Of a stretch of 64,000 nt of DNA, positions 20,324-39,459 are shown one piece after another (position 1 is the first letter of the stretch; every line of letters starts with the position of its first letter). Source of the DNA: Amoebidium appalachense (taxonomy: Eukaryota > Protista > Ichthyosporea); contig CAVNZM010000006.1 of NCBI GenBank assembly GCA_963693365.1, forward strand, positions 10,543,355 through 10,607,354, in the 5' to 3' direction. The position numbers and the translations under genes were made by a program. The notes under the pieces were generated by a model. The model did no database searches and was not told the DNA's origin. It was given only the letters and a program-made list of their open reading frames with translations.

Positions 20324-21327
20324 GGTCAGCTGCTGCTGCTGTTTGGGTAGCTACTGCTGCCGTGGTGGTCAGCTGCTGCTGCTGTTTGGGCGGCTGCTGC
20401 TGCTATTTGGGCAGCTGCTGCTGTGGTGGTGGTGAGCTGCTGCTGCTGTTTGGGTGGCAGCGGCTGCCGTGGTGGTGAGCTGCTGCTGCTGTTTGGGCTG
20501 CTCCTGCTGCCGTGGTGGTCATGGTGCCAATGAGCTGCTGCTGCTGTTTGGACAGCTGCTGCTGCCGTGGTGGTGGGCCTGCTGCTATTTGGACTGCTGC
20601 TGCTGCCGTGGTGGTGAGCCTGTTGCTGCTGTTTTGGTTGCTGCTGCTGCGGTGGTGGTGACTCTGCTGCTGAGGCTGTTTGGGCTGCTGATGCTGCCGT
20701 GGTGGTGAGCGGCTGCTGCTGTTTGGGCTACTGCTGCTGCCGTGGTGGTGAGCTGCTGCTGCTGTTTGGGCTGCTGCTGCTGCCGTGGTGGTGAGCTGCT
20801 GTTGCTGTTTGGGCAGCTGCTGCTGCCGTGGTGGTGAGATGCTGCTGCTGTTTGGTTGGCTGTTGATGCAGACAGTGTATGACAGCGGCTGACAATGTGA
20901 CAAGAATGACAACGGGTGACAATGTGACAAGGATGACAGTGTATGACAAAACCGACAAGGATGACAGTGTATGACAAAACGACAAGGATGACAGTGTATG
21001 ACAAAACGACAAGGATGAATGACAGAGTAGTTATTTAAAGCTATTTGATTGGTTGACTTAGCCGTTGTGGGGACCAATCAGCTCACGTTTTGAGCCTGAT
21101 CGTGCATTGTTTAGTATGAAGCGGAAGCGGCACCTTATGAATGCATTTAACCAATCAGATCACGTTGTAAGTGTGATATTGCATTGTTTAGCTGGAGGTT
21201 GGGTAGTGAAGGAATCCTATTGGTCCGATCGGAAACCAATTATACGGCGTAAAAGGGCATACGGTAACATGATTGGTTATCATTATGCTGGAAATATCTA
21301 CGGGTTTTGATTGGACAGCAGCTGAGA
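20324..21327 (-). repeat. Right inverted-repeat arm
   Basis: Reverse complement of 13887-14743, with more copies of the 39-bp unit; ends ...ttggacagcagctgaga. Confidence 0.9.
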
Positions 21328-21434
21328 TGACGATCGGCATGTCAGCACTGCCCAGCCGGCCTGCCCGGGTCGGTTGGGCCCCCGGGGCGACGTGGGTGCA
21401 AACAGCGACCCGTACGGCTGCTGAGGATCATATG

Positions 21435-21527
21435 GAACAGCTCTTTGTTTGCAGGACAGTTTGCTTAATTTACTAGTTACAAAAGCTCTCCTGTTGAACC
21501 GTGTAGGTTTGATGATCCTTTATCCCC

Positions 21528-21574
<47 letters not shown>

Positions 21575-21769
21575 GGGGAACCCCAACTAATTGATTTCTC
21601 CTTGTAGTCTTTATGGTGTCTCGTAGAGAAAGTAAACCCTGATATATAGTCACCACCCGACATCTATGTACGTGATCATGATATACCGCTGAGGGGATAT
21701 TCCGAGCAAACCCCCCCCCCCCATACCTGAGACTGGTTCTCTTTGCCTCGAGTAAACAGCGTAAACCCC
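21435..21769 (+). mobile_element. Short retro-insertion: ~97 bp unique sequence + A42 + 196-bp tail module
   Basis: 21574-21769 is the reverse complement of 33858-34053 (one difference seen). Poly(A) at 21532-21573. Candidate TSD ATATG at 21430-21434 and 21770-21774; the 5' boundary rests only on this. Confidence 0.65.
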
Positions 21770-22296
21770 ATATGCATGTCAGGCCGGGTGGCTCTCTGTG
21801 AGCTATCATCAAAGAGCAGCTGTGGAATCCGGATCTTAGATCGGGTCGGGTCGGAGGTCCGATATCGGATCGGTCCGAAAAGCCTTTTGGTGAAGTCGGG
21901 GGAGTTTTCGTCCAAATAAATACGTCTATATCATGTGTACATGCAGGTGTGTGGGTTATCCAGTTTGTGGTGGAGGGCGGAGGGGGGGCTCTGAATCCAC
22001 GCAATATTCCTATATATTTGTATAGTATGTGAAGAAATGCACGGCAGGTTTACAATGCCAGAACGTGACCATGCTGAAGTAGAACAGCACATCCTCTTGA
22101 TATCTATGTGTGGGTCATTGGCACTGCCAAAGCCCAGAAGACTAAAGACAGCGAGTCTTTTTGTGTCTGCAATAGTGTGTGGCCAAATGCAACACGAAAA
22201 GATTTTATACAAATAAGGCCACATTGAGCATAAATACTGTACAATATCATTAAGCGTCGTCGCAACATCAAACACTCCTCTGACTCGAGCCCCCCC

Positions 22297-22380
<84 letters not shown>

Positions 22381-22723
22381 ACTGCTCTAAGTTTAGTACT
22401 GCAACACTCCAGCCTGAGCCTACTTTACCGCCATGTCAATACGTCCCCGGGAGACGCCCACATCACATTAAATAAGAAAAACAAACACCGCGGTAGGGCG
22501 AAAACAAAGAAATGAAAAGTAGCAGTTGGTTCCCAAAAACCTGCCTGTGCTATCTACCTATCCCTGAACTGTTGTTGTGGCTTAATAGATACCACACTAA
22601 ATGTCAAACAGCTTCACTGAGGATCAAATCAATATATTGTTTAGAGAATAAACTGTAAAATGCCAGCGGTTTACATACTTGCATACTATGTGTGAGTGGT
22701 GTGCACAGCACCAGCTACAGTGC

Positions 22724-31131
<8,408 letters not shown>

Positions 31132-32470
31132 GGCTGCAAGACTCTGCTCACAGAGAAGAGGGATGGGTGGGGTGGCGAGTGGGGAAAGGGTGGATGGGCG
31201 AGGGTGTGGGCGGGTGGGTGGGTGGTGGTGGAGGATAGAAGGGAAGGGGGGGGGGGGGGGGGGGGGGGGGGGAGGAGTCAGTTTTGCCGACAATATTAGA
31301 TGTTTGCAATTACGAGCACTGGCACACACAAACATGCAAAACGGAAACTCCTAATGGAGAATTGACATTTCCCTATCAACCCTTTGCTATAATCATGAGA
31401 TTCACATCGTAGCTAGTATGAGTGCTAGACATGGATCAATATTCGCACAGAACGGAAACTGGTAGCTATATCATATCATGTGACCTCAATGTTATGCCAT
31501 GCCTACAGTTTCAGAAGGCAGCGGTTAAATCTCAAACATATCTTGTTGCAAAATAAACTTTTGTGCGTCTGCAAGAGGAATGTCGTGTGGAACATATCAC
31601 AGGGAGGTTATGCTCACGGTTGGTTTCGGTAATTCGCCTCACCAAAGGGAACATGGTTCGTCAGAACGCACTCAAAGAACAACAAAAAACGAATAATCCC
31701 TTTGAGGTTATAAGCACCTAACATAAGGTTTCTGTTTTATTGACAGCTAAAAGAACAAAAAAAAATGAATATGGTAATAACTTTCCAAAAAGGTCAGCGT
31801 ATATGCATGGCACTTGATCGTCTGTGTGTGCACTTATTTTTTGGCTTCCCTGTAAACCTGCAGCAAATGACACCCTGCAAACCAGATTTCCACAACATCC
31901 CCGTATCAGCAGCACTGTGGCATCTTGCATCTTGCCCAACTTACTAGCGCATATCCTCTTTCTTCACCTACCTGCCTCTGTATGCCCGCCTTTGCTGATG
32001 TGTCCTTACTTGGAGCCCTCTGTGGCCCAAGTGACTGCCGCCCCGTTATGATGTTTGCTTGGCTGGTCGACATCTGTCGCAGCCCAAGCACAGTGCGCTC
32101 GCCATATCCCGCCATTGTGACCAAAAAAATTTTGCCAAATATTTGCCCACTACAGAAACAGGCACCCTAGTAGGTGCACATGTGCACCTCAGTGTAGAGA
32201 AGTTTCCCCGTTGTTTTCTGTTCATACAAACAGCTTGCTTAATTGGCATGTGTGCCTTGTTGTATAGGCAAGAAGGTCTTCGAGACACAAAAGTAAAAAG
32301 AATGTGTGCGTACAATAGACACTACGCAAATGCAAAGTCAGCACCTAATACTTGAGAATAATCGCTATTTTCCGGGCATACTGTTTGCGCATGCGCTCTT
32401 CTCAACTTGAAGTGAGCTGTGTGATGTGGGGACTGCTGCTGTGTCCGTTGCAAATTCGACCATCTGAATT

Positions 32471-32559
32471 GAGCGCCAAAAGATAGCCAATCCTTGCGAC
32501 ATTATTTTAGCTATATTTGGAAGTGATGCGTATTTAGCCAATCAGTACTGCATTCCAAT
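32471..32559. promoter_or_regulatory. E2F-like site plus three CCAAT boxes upstream of NDC80
   Basis: TTTGGCGC on the minus strand at 32473-32480; CCAAT at 32487, 32538 and 32555; about 1.35 kb from the ATG. Confidence 0.3.
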
Positions 32560-33857
32560 CTCAAAAGTTCCCGGCACTTGTATTGCCGCCATGGCACAAG
32601 TAGACCTGCACGGATAGGGGTGCATTGGTCTTGTAAAGCTCCCGGCACAATGGCACACACAACTTGAAAAGTGAGTCGCATCGCGTGGATCTAAATACTT
32701 AAATATCTAGATTTTTTAATTTACGTATAAAACTACTGCAATCCAAGCGATCGTTTAAAATATTAAAGTTTGCATAAAATCTAGATCGATTTCGACCCTC
32801 TTCCAGATTGGCGAGGGGGGGGGGTCTTCTAGATGTCTGGGATGAGACGATTGGTTCTTGGAACTCGCCTAATATCTTTTATCCAATAGAATTGCGATCT
32901 ACGATCTAGAGTAGATAATTCAGTTTCTAAACTGCTCTACATGAATCGAGCAGTCTTTTAGGGCCTGTTTGGCAACCCGGGTTTAGGGTCCTAAATCCGG
33001 ATTACGGGCGATTTTGGGTTTAGCGCTAAATCCAAATCTCAAAATCCAGCCGCTGCCAAACAGACGGCCAGATCCGGTCACGTAAATCTGGGTTTCAAAC
33101 CCCTCGGACATGGCCGTAATCTGGATTCCACTAATCCACCTCGGGAGGTGGATTAGCGCGAAATCCTTTCAGGTCCTGAATGTCCGACCCAATGAATGTT
33201 CATTTTATGGAACTATATATGGTGTCCTTTTGCACCAATCGTCGATAGTTTGAAGTGGCCAAAAAAGGATTGTTGAAAGGGCGCCAAACCAAACTTCCGT
33301 TGCTGGCAGCATGTGGATACTGAGTGGGCTGCGACAGCTGTGCCTTGAACTGCGACACCTGCACCAACGCACGGACTTGCACGTGGGGAACGTTATAAAA
33401 ACAGACACGCACCTCACTTCTCATTCTTTTCCTACCCTCTGCGGCCGTCCAGCCCGAGTCTTCCAGTAGCACAGTACACTTGTAGATAATCCATGGCTCT
33501 TTGAGCTCTGGGCTATAGGTCAAGGCTGCAATCGCAGCCAAAACGGCTATGTTCCGGGCTGCATACATGGTGAGTGTCTCAAATAAAACCGTATACAACT
33601 CAGCACTTTCGTGGTTTATTACTGCTTATCACTATGGTGTATATGTGTAGCGGGTCTGCAATTGCAAGTCACCGACCGGTGATGAACAGCGTGACAGCTG
33701 CAGAGCAAATCTAACCCGAAATGGTACGTGGGCTGTTTGGCATCCATGGGTTATCTACCCGGCTTAACCCAGGTTTCGGCTGAGATCTGGATTCTGCAGC
33801 ATAATCTGGATCTCGATTTTGATATCCAGATATCCCCCGAAATCCAGATTACACTAA

Positions 33858-34052
33858 GGGGTTTACGCTGTTTACTCGAGGCAAAGAGAACCAGTCTCAG
33901 GTATGGGGGGGGGGGTTTTGCTCGGAATATCCCCTCAGCGGTATATCATGATCACGTACATAGATGTCGGGTGGTGACTATATATCAGGGTTTACTTTCT
34001 CTACGAGACACCATAAAGACTACAAGGAGAAATCAATTAGTTGGGGTTCCCC

Positions 34053-34053
<1 letters not shown>
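33858..34053. other. Conserved 196-bp post-poly(A) module, possibly a structured RNA
   Basis: Near-identical copy at 21574-21769 with the same two boundaries; several potential stems. Confidence 0.6.
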
Positions 34054-34117
<64 letters not shown>

Positions 34118-34149
34118 GGGCTCCCCTCGGGACACTCGGTATCAGCTGG

Positions 34150-34202
<53 letters not shown>

Positions 34203-34222
34203 TGTGTGTGTGTGCGCGTGCG

Positions 34223-37200
34223 CTATAATTTTGTAGTGATGTGTTTCTCAAGCCAATCAATACATCTAATAAACAGGTCGTAGTTACGCGTGTTTAGTAT
34301 AAAATCAAGGATGTTGTAATTTACAGGTAGGCTATCTTTCTGGGTGTCTGTTGTGAATGTGACGTGTGTGTGTTGCGGTATTATGTGGTCTATCAAACTA
34401 CATTTGGCGATACATGACCGGTTAAACTGGTGTGTGTGTGTGTTGTTTGGGCATGCAAATGATGCCACCTTATACTTATTAGATCTCCACTGTATAGCAC
34501 GTGTACAGTAAAAGCGTGGTAATTGATCAATAATACCATCAGCTAGAGAAAGACCAGTTCTACAGGAAGGTAATATGTATTTAGGTGTTATACACTTGCG
34601 AGTGCCATATTTGGCAATATGGTTGAGGCGGTCAGTATATATAAAACGAGACATAAGGCTTAGTTTTTCAAGGTGTATGCTTTCATCGGGTCTAGTGTCG
34701 TGTGGTATCTTTTTCCATTTGTTATATTGCGTGATTATCTTGTGATTGTGTACATGTTTAATAAGTAAGTGGCAGTCCAAAGTCACACACACACTATTGC
34801 GGGGTTTATTTGTATTTGTGCCCAGGGGAGAAGGGGAGAGAGAGGGGAGGAAAGAGGGGAGAGGTGAGGAGGGGACAGGTCGGATAGAGAAGAGAGGGTG
34901 GGAGGGCAAATACTTCTTTAAGCGGCTTATGTGCTTATTGAATTTCAGCGCGAGATAGGATACTCTAGCAGCTATTGGGACCAGACCATATATCGAGAGC
35001 GTTACAGGCCCAGGTTTACAACAGTTGTTAGATAGAAAGGAGGCAACTTCTGCTTCAAGGAAATTTGCCAAGGGTTTAAGCGCTCTAGTTCTCTCTTTCT
35101 TGATCCAAGCGGCGAGAAGGGGTAAACCATATTCACATGCCGGGAAGACAAAAGTGCGAATAAATGTAAGTCTAATAGAAGGATGGAGGGGTGTGTCTTT
35201 AAAAATATTAGCCGAGAAGAAAGCTAACCGCTTACGAGCCAACTCTACCCTCTTTTCGACCATATGGGGAAACATAACACCAACAGAATCAACCGGAACA
35301 CCAAGATATTTGTATTCTGGAACTATAGGTACAGGTTTAGATGATAATGTAAATGTGTGTAAATTGTTAGCTATATCAGGTACAAGAACACCACATTTGT
35401 CTATGTTAAGGATCATAAGGTTTGCCTTGCACCACTCTGACACTACATCGAACAATCTTTGCAGGCGTCTAGGGGTACGGGCAAGGAGGGACAGATCATC
35501 AGCATAGAGAAGTGCAGGCGGAAAGTTATTAATAGGGTCATCGTTTTCGGCGTAAATCTTGACAGCCAAATCATCTATAAATAGGTTAAACAAAAAGGGG
35601 CTAAGCAATGAACCCTGCAAGAGACCTCTAGTACGAGCAAAACCATATGAAAGATGCCCATTAACCACAGCTCTACCATAGGTTTGAGACAAGAGTGCTT
35701 CTAACAGAACACCAATGCAGTGTGGTACACCCCGTGCAGCAAGCTTTTCCCATAGGAGACCAGGGGAGACAGAATCGTAAGCAGTTTTCCAATCAATAAA
35801 GCCAACATATTGTGCACCAACTTGCATAGAATCGTGCAGTGCCATTATTTGAACATAACATGAATTGTTTTTACGAAAAGCGGATTGGCATGGGTGTATG
35901 TGAAGAATAGATTGAAACCTAGGGTGATGTGCAAATAACCTAAGTAAGCAAGCTTCAAAGAATCTACGAACAACCTGGGTTAGTGTAATGGGGCGAAAGG
36001 ATGATATGGGGCCCTCAGAGTCCTTCTTAACTATGGGGATCACTAAGGTATCTAACCAAGATGACGGGACATGTCCACATTTAACACACCAAGAAAAGAG
36101 AGAGCTTAACATGATAGTAAGATCAGGTTTAATAGCACGATCACTTTCCTTTTGTGGGTAGGAGGGAACAAGGATTTTAAGAAACCCAGCAGGGAGTCCA
36201 TCAGGTCCACAAGACTTACTAGAGCTATAACTAGATATCACAGACCATATGGCATCGGGACTGAAAAAGGGGAGGATCGATTCTATGGGGATAGATGGGT
36301 CTACAGGCCACACAATAGGTTTCTGAGCGGGGGTCCTATCTTTAAACAGTTCCGAGAAATACTTATCAGAGTCTATGAGGGGGTCTCCAGTGGTATCACC
36401 AATAATACGAGCAGGGGGGCCAAATCGATTCATACTAGCAAGCCGGCGCAAGCTTTCCTTTTGAGACAGGGGTTCACCTAGTCTAGCGGGAGTGGTGTTT
36501 GGTAACAAGAGAGCATCGGGATATTCCTTCCTACCACCGCCAGCATAATCACCGAGATCTATCAAATCATCAACAATAAAGTTAGTGCATGTATCTAGTA
36601 CGAGATGTGAATCTGGCCTGGCTTGTGCAGATTCTAATAGGCGCATATATATAGGGTGTTTCGTAGCATAGCATACACATACATCAACTCTACCCCACTG
36701 TGACTTAAGCTGGGATAGACGGAGGCGAAAGGTGGGAGGGGGAGGGGGGAGCAGATCAAGGGAGATCTTAGGTAGGAAAAGGATAGGAGAGTGGTCAGAT
36801 GACCTAGAGAGGTTAGGAGGGAGAGAGAGTTTTGACATGGTTGATGGCCAAAAGGCCACTCCCCAGTCGGTGTTGTGGGCATGGGATATTTGAGGGAACC
36901 GCAAAGTGTGACTTTGGACATACCTTGTTAAAGGGATAGCACGCTCCGGGGGCTTAGATGGGTACCCGACACTCACTTGCAGTGTGTCTGTGTGGTGGAG
37001 TCGCGTGTTAAAATCACCTAAAATAACAGTGGACATTGGTAACTGTGACAACTCGTGAGTCAATTCGACAACCGACATAGATGGTGGGTAATATACAAAA
37101 GTAAAAACATTAGAAAGAAACTCTATAGAAACCGAGAATTCCGTTTTTGCTACCGGTTTGCACTTCACTCTCACGTGTGGTGCGGCAAGTACAATAATGC

Positions 37201-37417
37201 CTCGGTTTTTCGCGTAACCGGGGTGTGTGGATGTGTCGACCAATGTAGAGTTGAATTTGTGGTGGTTTTTAAACTGTGTTTCGCAAATCACTGTAAACGT
37301 GTGGTTGTTTGTCTGTTGTTGTATGTAGCTGATTTTATCGTCGAGTGTCCCGGGGGGGAGGCCCTTTTGGGGGCCCAGTGTCCGAGCATTCCAGAAGAAG
37401 AAGGATAAATTAGGCAT
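34223..37417 (-). CDS. LINE ORF2: APE endonuclease + reverse transcriptase, 1064 aa, uninterrupted
   Basis: APE motifs FWNAR, ICET, VYYPP, LGDFN, SDHSP. RT motifs GPDG, FRPITL, QSAFR, FIDWKTAYDSV, GLLQGSLLSPFLFNLFIDDL, LYADDL, YKYLGV. Confidence 0.97.
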   Translation of the reverse strand: MPNLSFFFWNARTLGPQKGLPPGTLDDKISYIQQQTNNHTFTVICETQFKNHHKFNSTLVDTSTHPGYAKNRGIIVLAAPHVRVKCKPVAKTEFSVSIEFLSNVFTFVYYPPSMSVVELTHELSQLPMSTVILGDFNTRLHHTDTLQVSVGYPSKPPERAIPLTRYVQSHTLRFPQISHAHNTDWGVAFWPSTMSKLSLPPNLSRSSDHSPILFLPKISLDLLPPPPPTFRLRLSQLKSQWGRVDVCVCYATKHPIYMRLLESAQARPDSHLVLDTCTNFIVDDLIDLGDYAGGGRKEYPDALLLPNTTPARLGEPLSQKESLRRLASMNRFGPPARIIGDTTGDPLIDSDKYFSELFKDRTPAQKPIVWPVDPSIPIESILPFFSPDAIWSVISSYSSSKSCGPDGLPAGFLKILVPSYPQKESDRAIKPDLTIMLSSLFSWCVKCGHVPSSWLDTLVIPIVKKDSEGPISSFRPITLTQVVRRFFEACLLRLFAHHPRFQSILHIHPCQSAFRKNNSCYVQIMALHDSMQVGAQYVGFIDWKTAYDSVSPGLLWEKLAARGVPHCIGVLLEALLSQTYGRAVVNGHLSYGFARTRGLLQGSLLSPFLFNLFIDDLAVKIYAENDDPINNFPPALLYADDLSLLARTPRRLQRLFDVVSEWCKANLMILNIDKCGVLVPDIANNLHTFTLSSKPVPIVPEYKYLGVPVDSVGVMFPHMVEKRVELARKRLAFFSANIFKDTPLHPSIRLTFIRTFVFPACEYGLPLLAAWIKKERTRALKPLANFLEAEVASFLSNNCCKPGPVTLSIYGLVPIAARVSYLALKFNKHISRLKKYLPSHPLFSIRPVPSSPLPSFLPSLSPSPLGTNTNKPRNSVCVTLDCHLLIKHVHNHKIITQYNKWKKIPHDTRPDESIHLEKLSLMSRFIYTDRLNHIAKYGTRKCITPKYILPSCRTGLSLADGIIDQLPRFYCTRAIQWRSNKYKVASFACPNNTHTHQFNRSCIAKCSLIDHIIPQHTHVTFTTDTQKDSLPVNYNILDFILNTRNYDLFIRCIDWLEKHITTKL

Positions 37418-38177
37418 CGGTTTGGTCCGACACCTGTGGGGTTGGTTCCCACTTGTCGCTTACGGGGTCGTATGCACGACCTTCCGCCAGCGCGAACAGT
37501 TCGCAGAAGAGCTCGATTTCCATCTCGCATCGGCGTTTGCGCTCGAGCAGTTTCTCACCAGAAAACATTGGTTCCTTCGTGTCCGTGTCTATCACGCTCG
37601 TAGCATCGTTTTCCAACTTTGCGAGGAACTCTTTTGCCTTGCTGATGCGTACACGACAACGTGTGGCGCACGCATTCTTAGCAGACACTTTACGTTCTTT
37701 GTCTGCTTTCTGAATGTTTTCCGGCGCGCATGGGTCGTAGCTTGGGAGGTGGGTGAAGAAGCTTCCACACCCCTTTGTCGCGTCACGGATGAACGCACGG
37801 TTATAGTCGCCCCGTACTGCTACTTCCAGCACATCGTATCCAATGAAGGACAGACAAAGGATGCGAGAGCACCGGAAGCCGAGAGCCTTGAAGATGGACC
37901 ACATGGCCCTGTGTGGGCGTCTGCCGTGCTTGACTTTGAAATACACCCTCTCGTATTTGGGTGGGATGTTGATGTTACCGTTTGCTTGGGTGTTCCCCTT
38001 AGCCGGCGGTTTGGGAGGGGAGTTGCGGCGGTACTCGTTGCCTGCAAGAATGCTGGCATATGTTTCCTTGGCAATTTGGCGGAGCTCGGGTGTTTTACGA
38101 GAGTTCGCATATTCTAGGAACTCTGCCGGGAGCTGTGCTTCCGGTCCTGTGTTGTTTTGTGTTGGGGTGGAAATGTC
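37410..38177 (-). CDS. LINE ORF1, 5'-truncated
   Basis: Frame is open for 256 codons up to the insertion boundary with no initiator ATG at that end; contains TYASIL; its stop overlaps the ORF2 start (ATGCCTAA). Confidence 0.8.
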   Translation of the reverse strand, partial: DISTPTQNNTGPEAQLPAEFLEYANSRKTPELRQIAKETYASILAGNEYRRNSPPKPPAKGNTQANGNINIPPKYERVYFKVKHGRRPHRAMWSIFKALGFRCSRILCLSFIGYDVLEVAVRGDYNRAFIRDATKGCGSFFTHLPSYDPCAPENIQKADKERKVSAKNACATRCRVRISKAKEFLAKLENDATSVIDTDTKEPMFSGEKLLERKRRCEMEIELFCELFALAEGRAYDPVSDKWEPTPQVSDQTDA

Positions 38178-38664
38178 TCAAACACTAACCCGCGTTGCCA
38201 AACAGGCCCTTAGATATTTAGAGAACGACATCGATTCTCTAGATTCGCCGAGTATTTAGATATTTAGATCAACGCGAAGCGACTCAGTCACTCTCAGAGC
38301 CGAATAGTAGAGTAGACCAGGTTGCTTGTGGTATGCATAACTCTATATATGTTTTTCTGTGTTAGGCCGCATAATTTTTGCATAATAAGTGAAGGGCATC
38401 AAGGTGTCTGTGCGGGGCTGCTGTTATCGAGTGCATCCTTAGTGCTAAAAACGGCTTTATGTCTTGGTGCCAGGTTCAGCCTTCCAGCACGTGCAATAAA
38501 ATTTCTTCAGATTTCGAAAGCCAACACCGAACGTCTCACACGGCATTACACTGTATTTTCGTGGAAATAGCGTTAAATGGGCCCGAAATCTAAGCGTCGC
38601 CCTGTCACAGTGCCTTTCAAAGAGTCCCGGGGCGTAACACCCGCTACAAACGCCCAGGCTCACC

Positions 38665-38739
<75 letters not shown>

Positions 38740-39402
38740 ACCACCACCACCACCACCACCACCACCACCACCATACACACACACACCTCTGTTGGAAAAC
38801 TTGGGCGTGAGCTGCACTGGTACTGCTGCATCAAACGCCCGGTAATCATACGCACCATGCTCCCCCCCCCCCCCCCCCCCCCCCCCTTCCCCCCCCCTTC
38901 CCCCCTTCTCTTCCACCTTCTCTTCCACCGGTCGTAGCCCTCCCCTTCCCCCCCCCCTTCTTCCCCCTCCCCCCCTCCCCGTACCCTCTGTTACCACGTG
39001 CTTGGAAGGTGGGAGGCTAGAAGACCATAGCTCCCTCCTCCCCTCCGCTTCCCGCTACCCCCCTCCAGCCCTCCCTTCCCCCTCCCCCTCCCCCTCCCCC
39101 CTCCCCCCGCCCCCCTGCCTCCCCCGGTACCCTTTATTTCCACGTGCTTGGAAGGTGGGAGGCGAGAAAAACATAGCTCCCTCCTTTCCTCCGCTTCTCC
39201 CCCACCCCCACCCCCCTGCCCTTCCCACCGGACGCCGATCCTGTGCTTGTGAGTATGCAGGCACACCTGTGTTTTGCATACAGATTTCCACACTATCACC
39301 TGTTATGTACGAATGTCGTGTATCTTCCGTGTGTGTGAGTGGGTTGTCACACAGCCACACCTGTTCCCTTATCCCTCTCCCCCCCACCTCTCCCCATCTA
39401 CC

Positions 39403-39459
<57 letters not shown>

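Larger units (their letters stand above)
33858..38181 (-). mobile_element. 5'-truncated non-LTR retrotransposon (LINE) with internal poly(A) and a 196-bp post-poly(A) tail
   Basis: 7-bp TSD ACACTAA at 33851-33857 and 38182-38188; contains ORF1, ORF2, a (CA)n 3'UTR, A60 at 34113-34054, then the tail. Confidence 0.9.
32961..38209. mobile_element. Non-autonomous PIF/Harbinger (Tourist-like) DNA transposon, ~0.92 kb without the LINE
   Basis: Perfect 16-bp TIR GGGCCTGTTTGGCAAC at 32961 and 38209; TSD TTA at 32958-32960 and 38210-38212; internal TIR-like copies at ~33053 and ~33730. Confidence 0.85.
32673..38285. mobile_element. Putative outer non-autonomous TIR element hosting the Harbinger/LINE nest
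   Basis: Imperfect ~33-bp inverted repeats gagtcgc(a/t)tcgcgt(g/t)gatctaaata at both ends; AGT flanks both sides. Confidence 0.45.

Noticed and set aside
33200-33598. Harbinger transposase fragment
   Set aside because: No recognisable DDE or Myb/SANT motif.
33858-34053. Tail as merely the LINE's target site, a hammerhead ribozyme, or a telomerase template
   Set aside because: The TSD and restored host TIR put it inside the insertion; no CUGANGA core seen; the TAAACCC match is too short.
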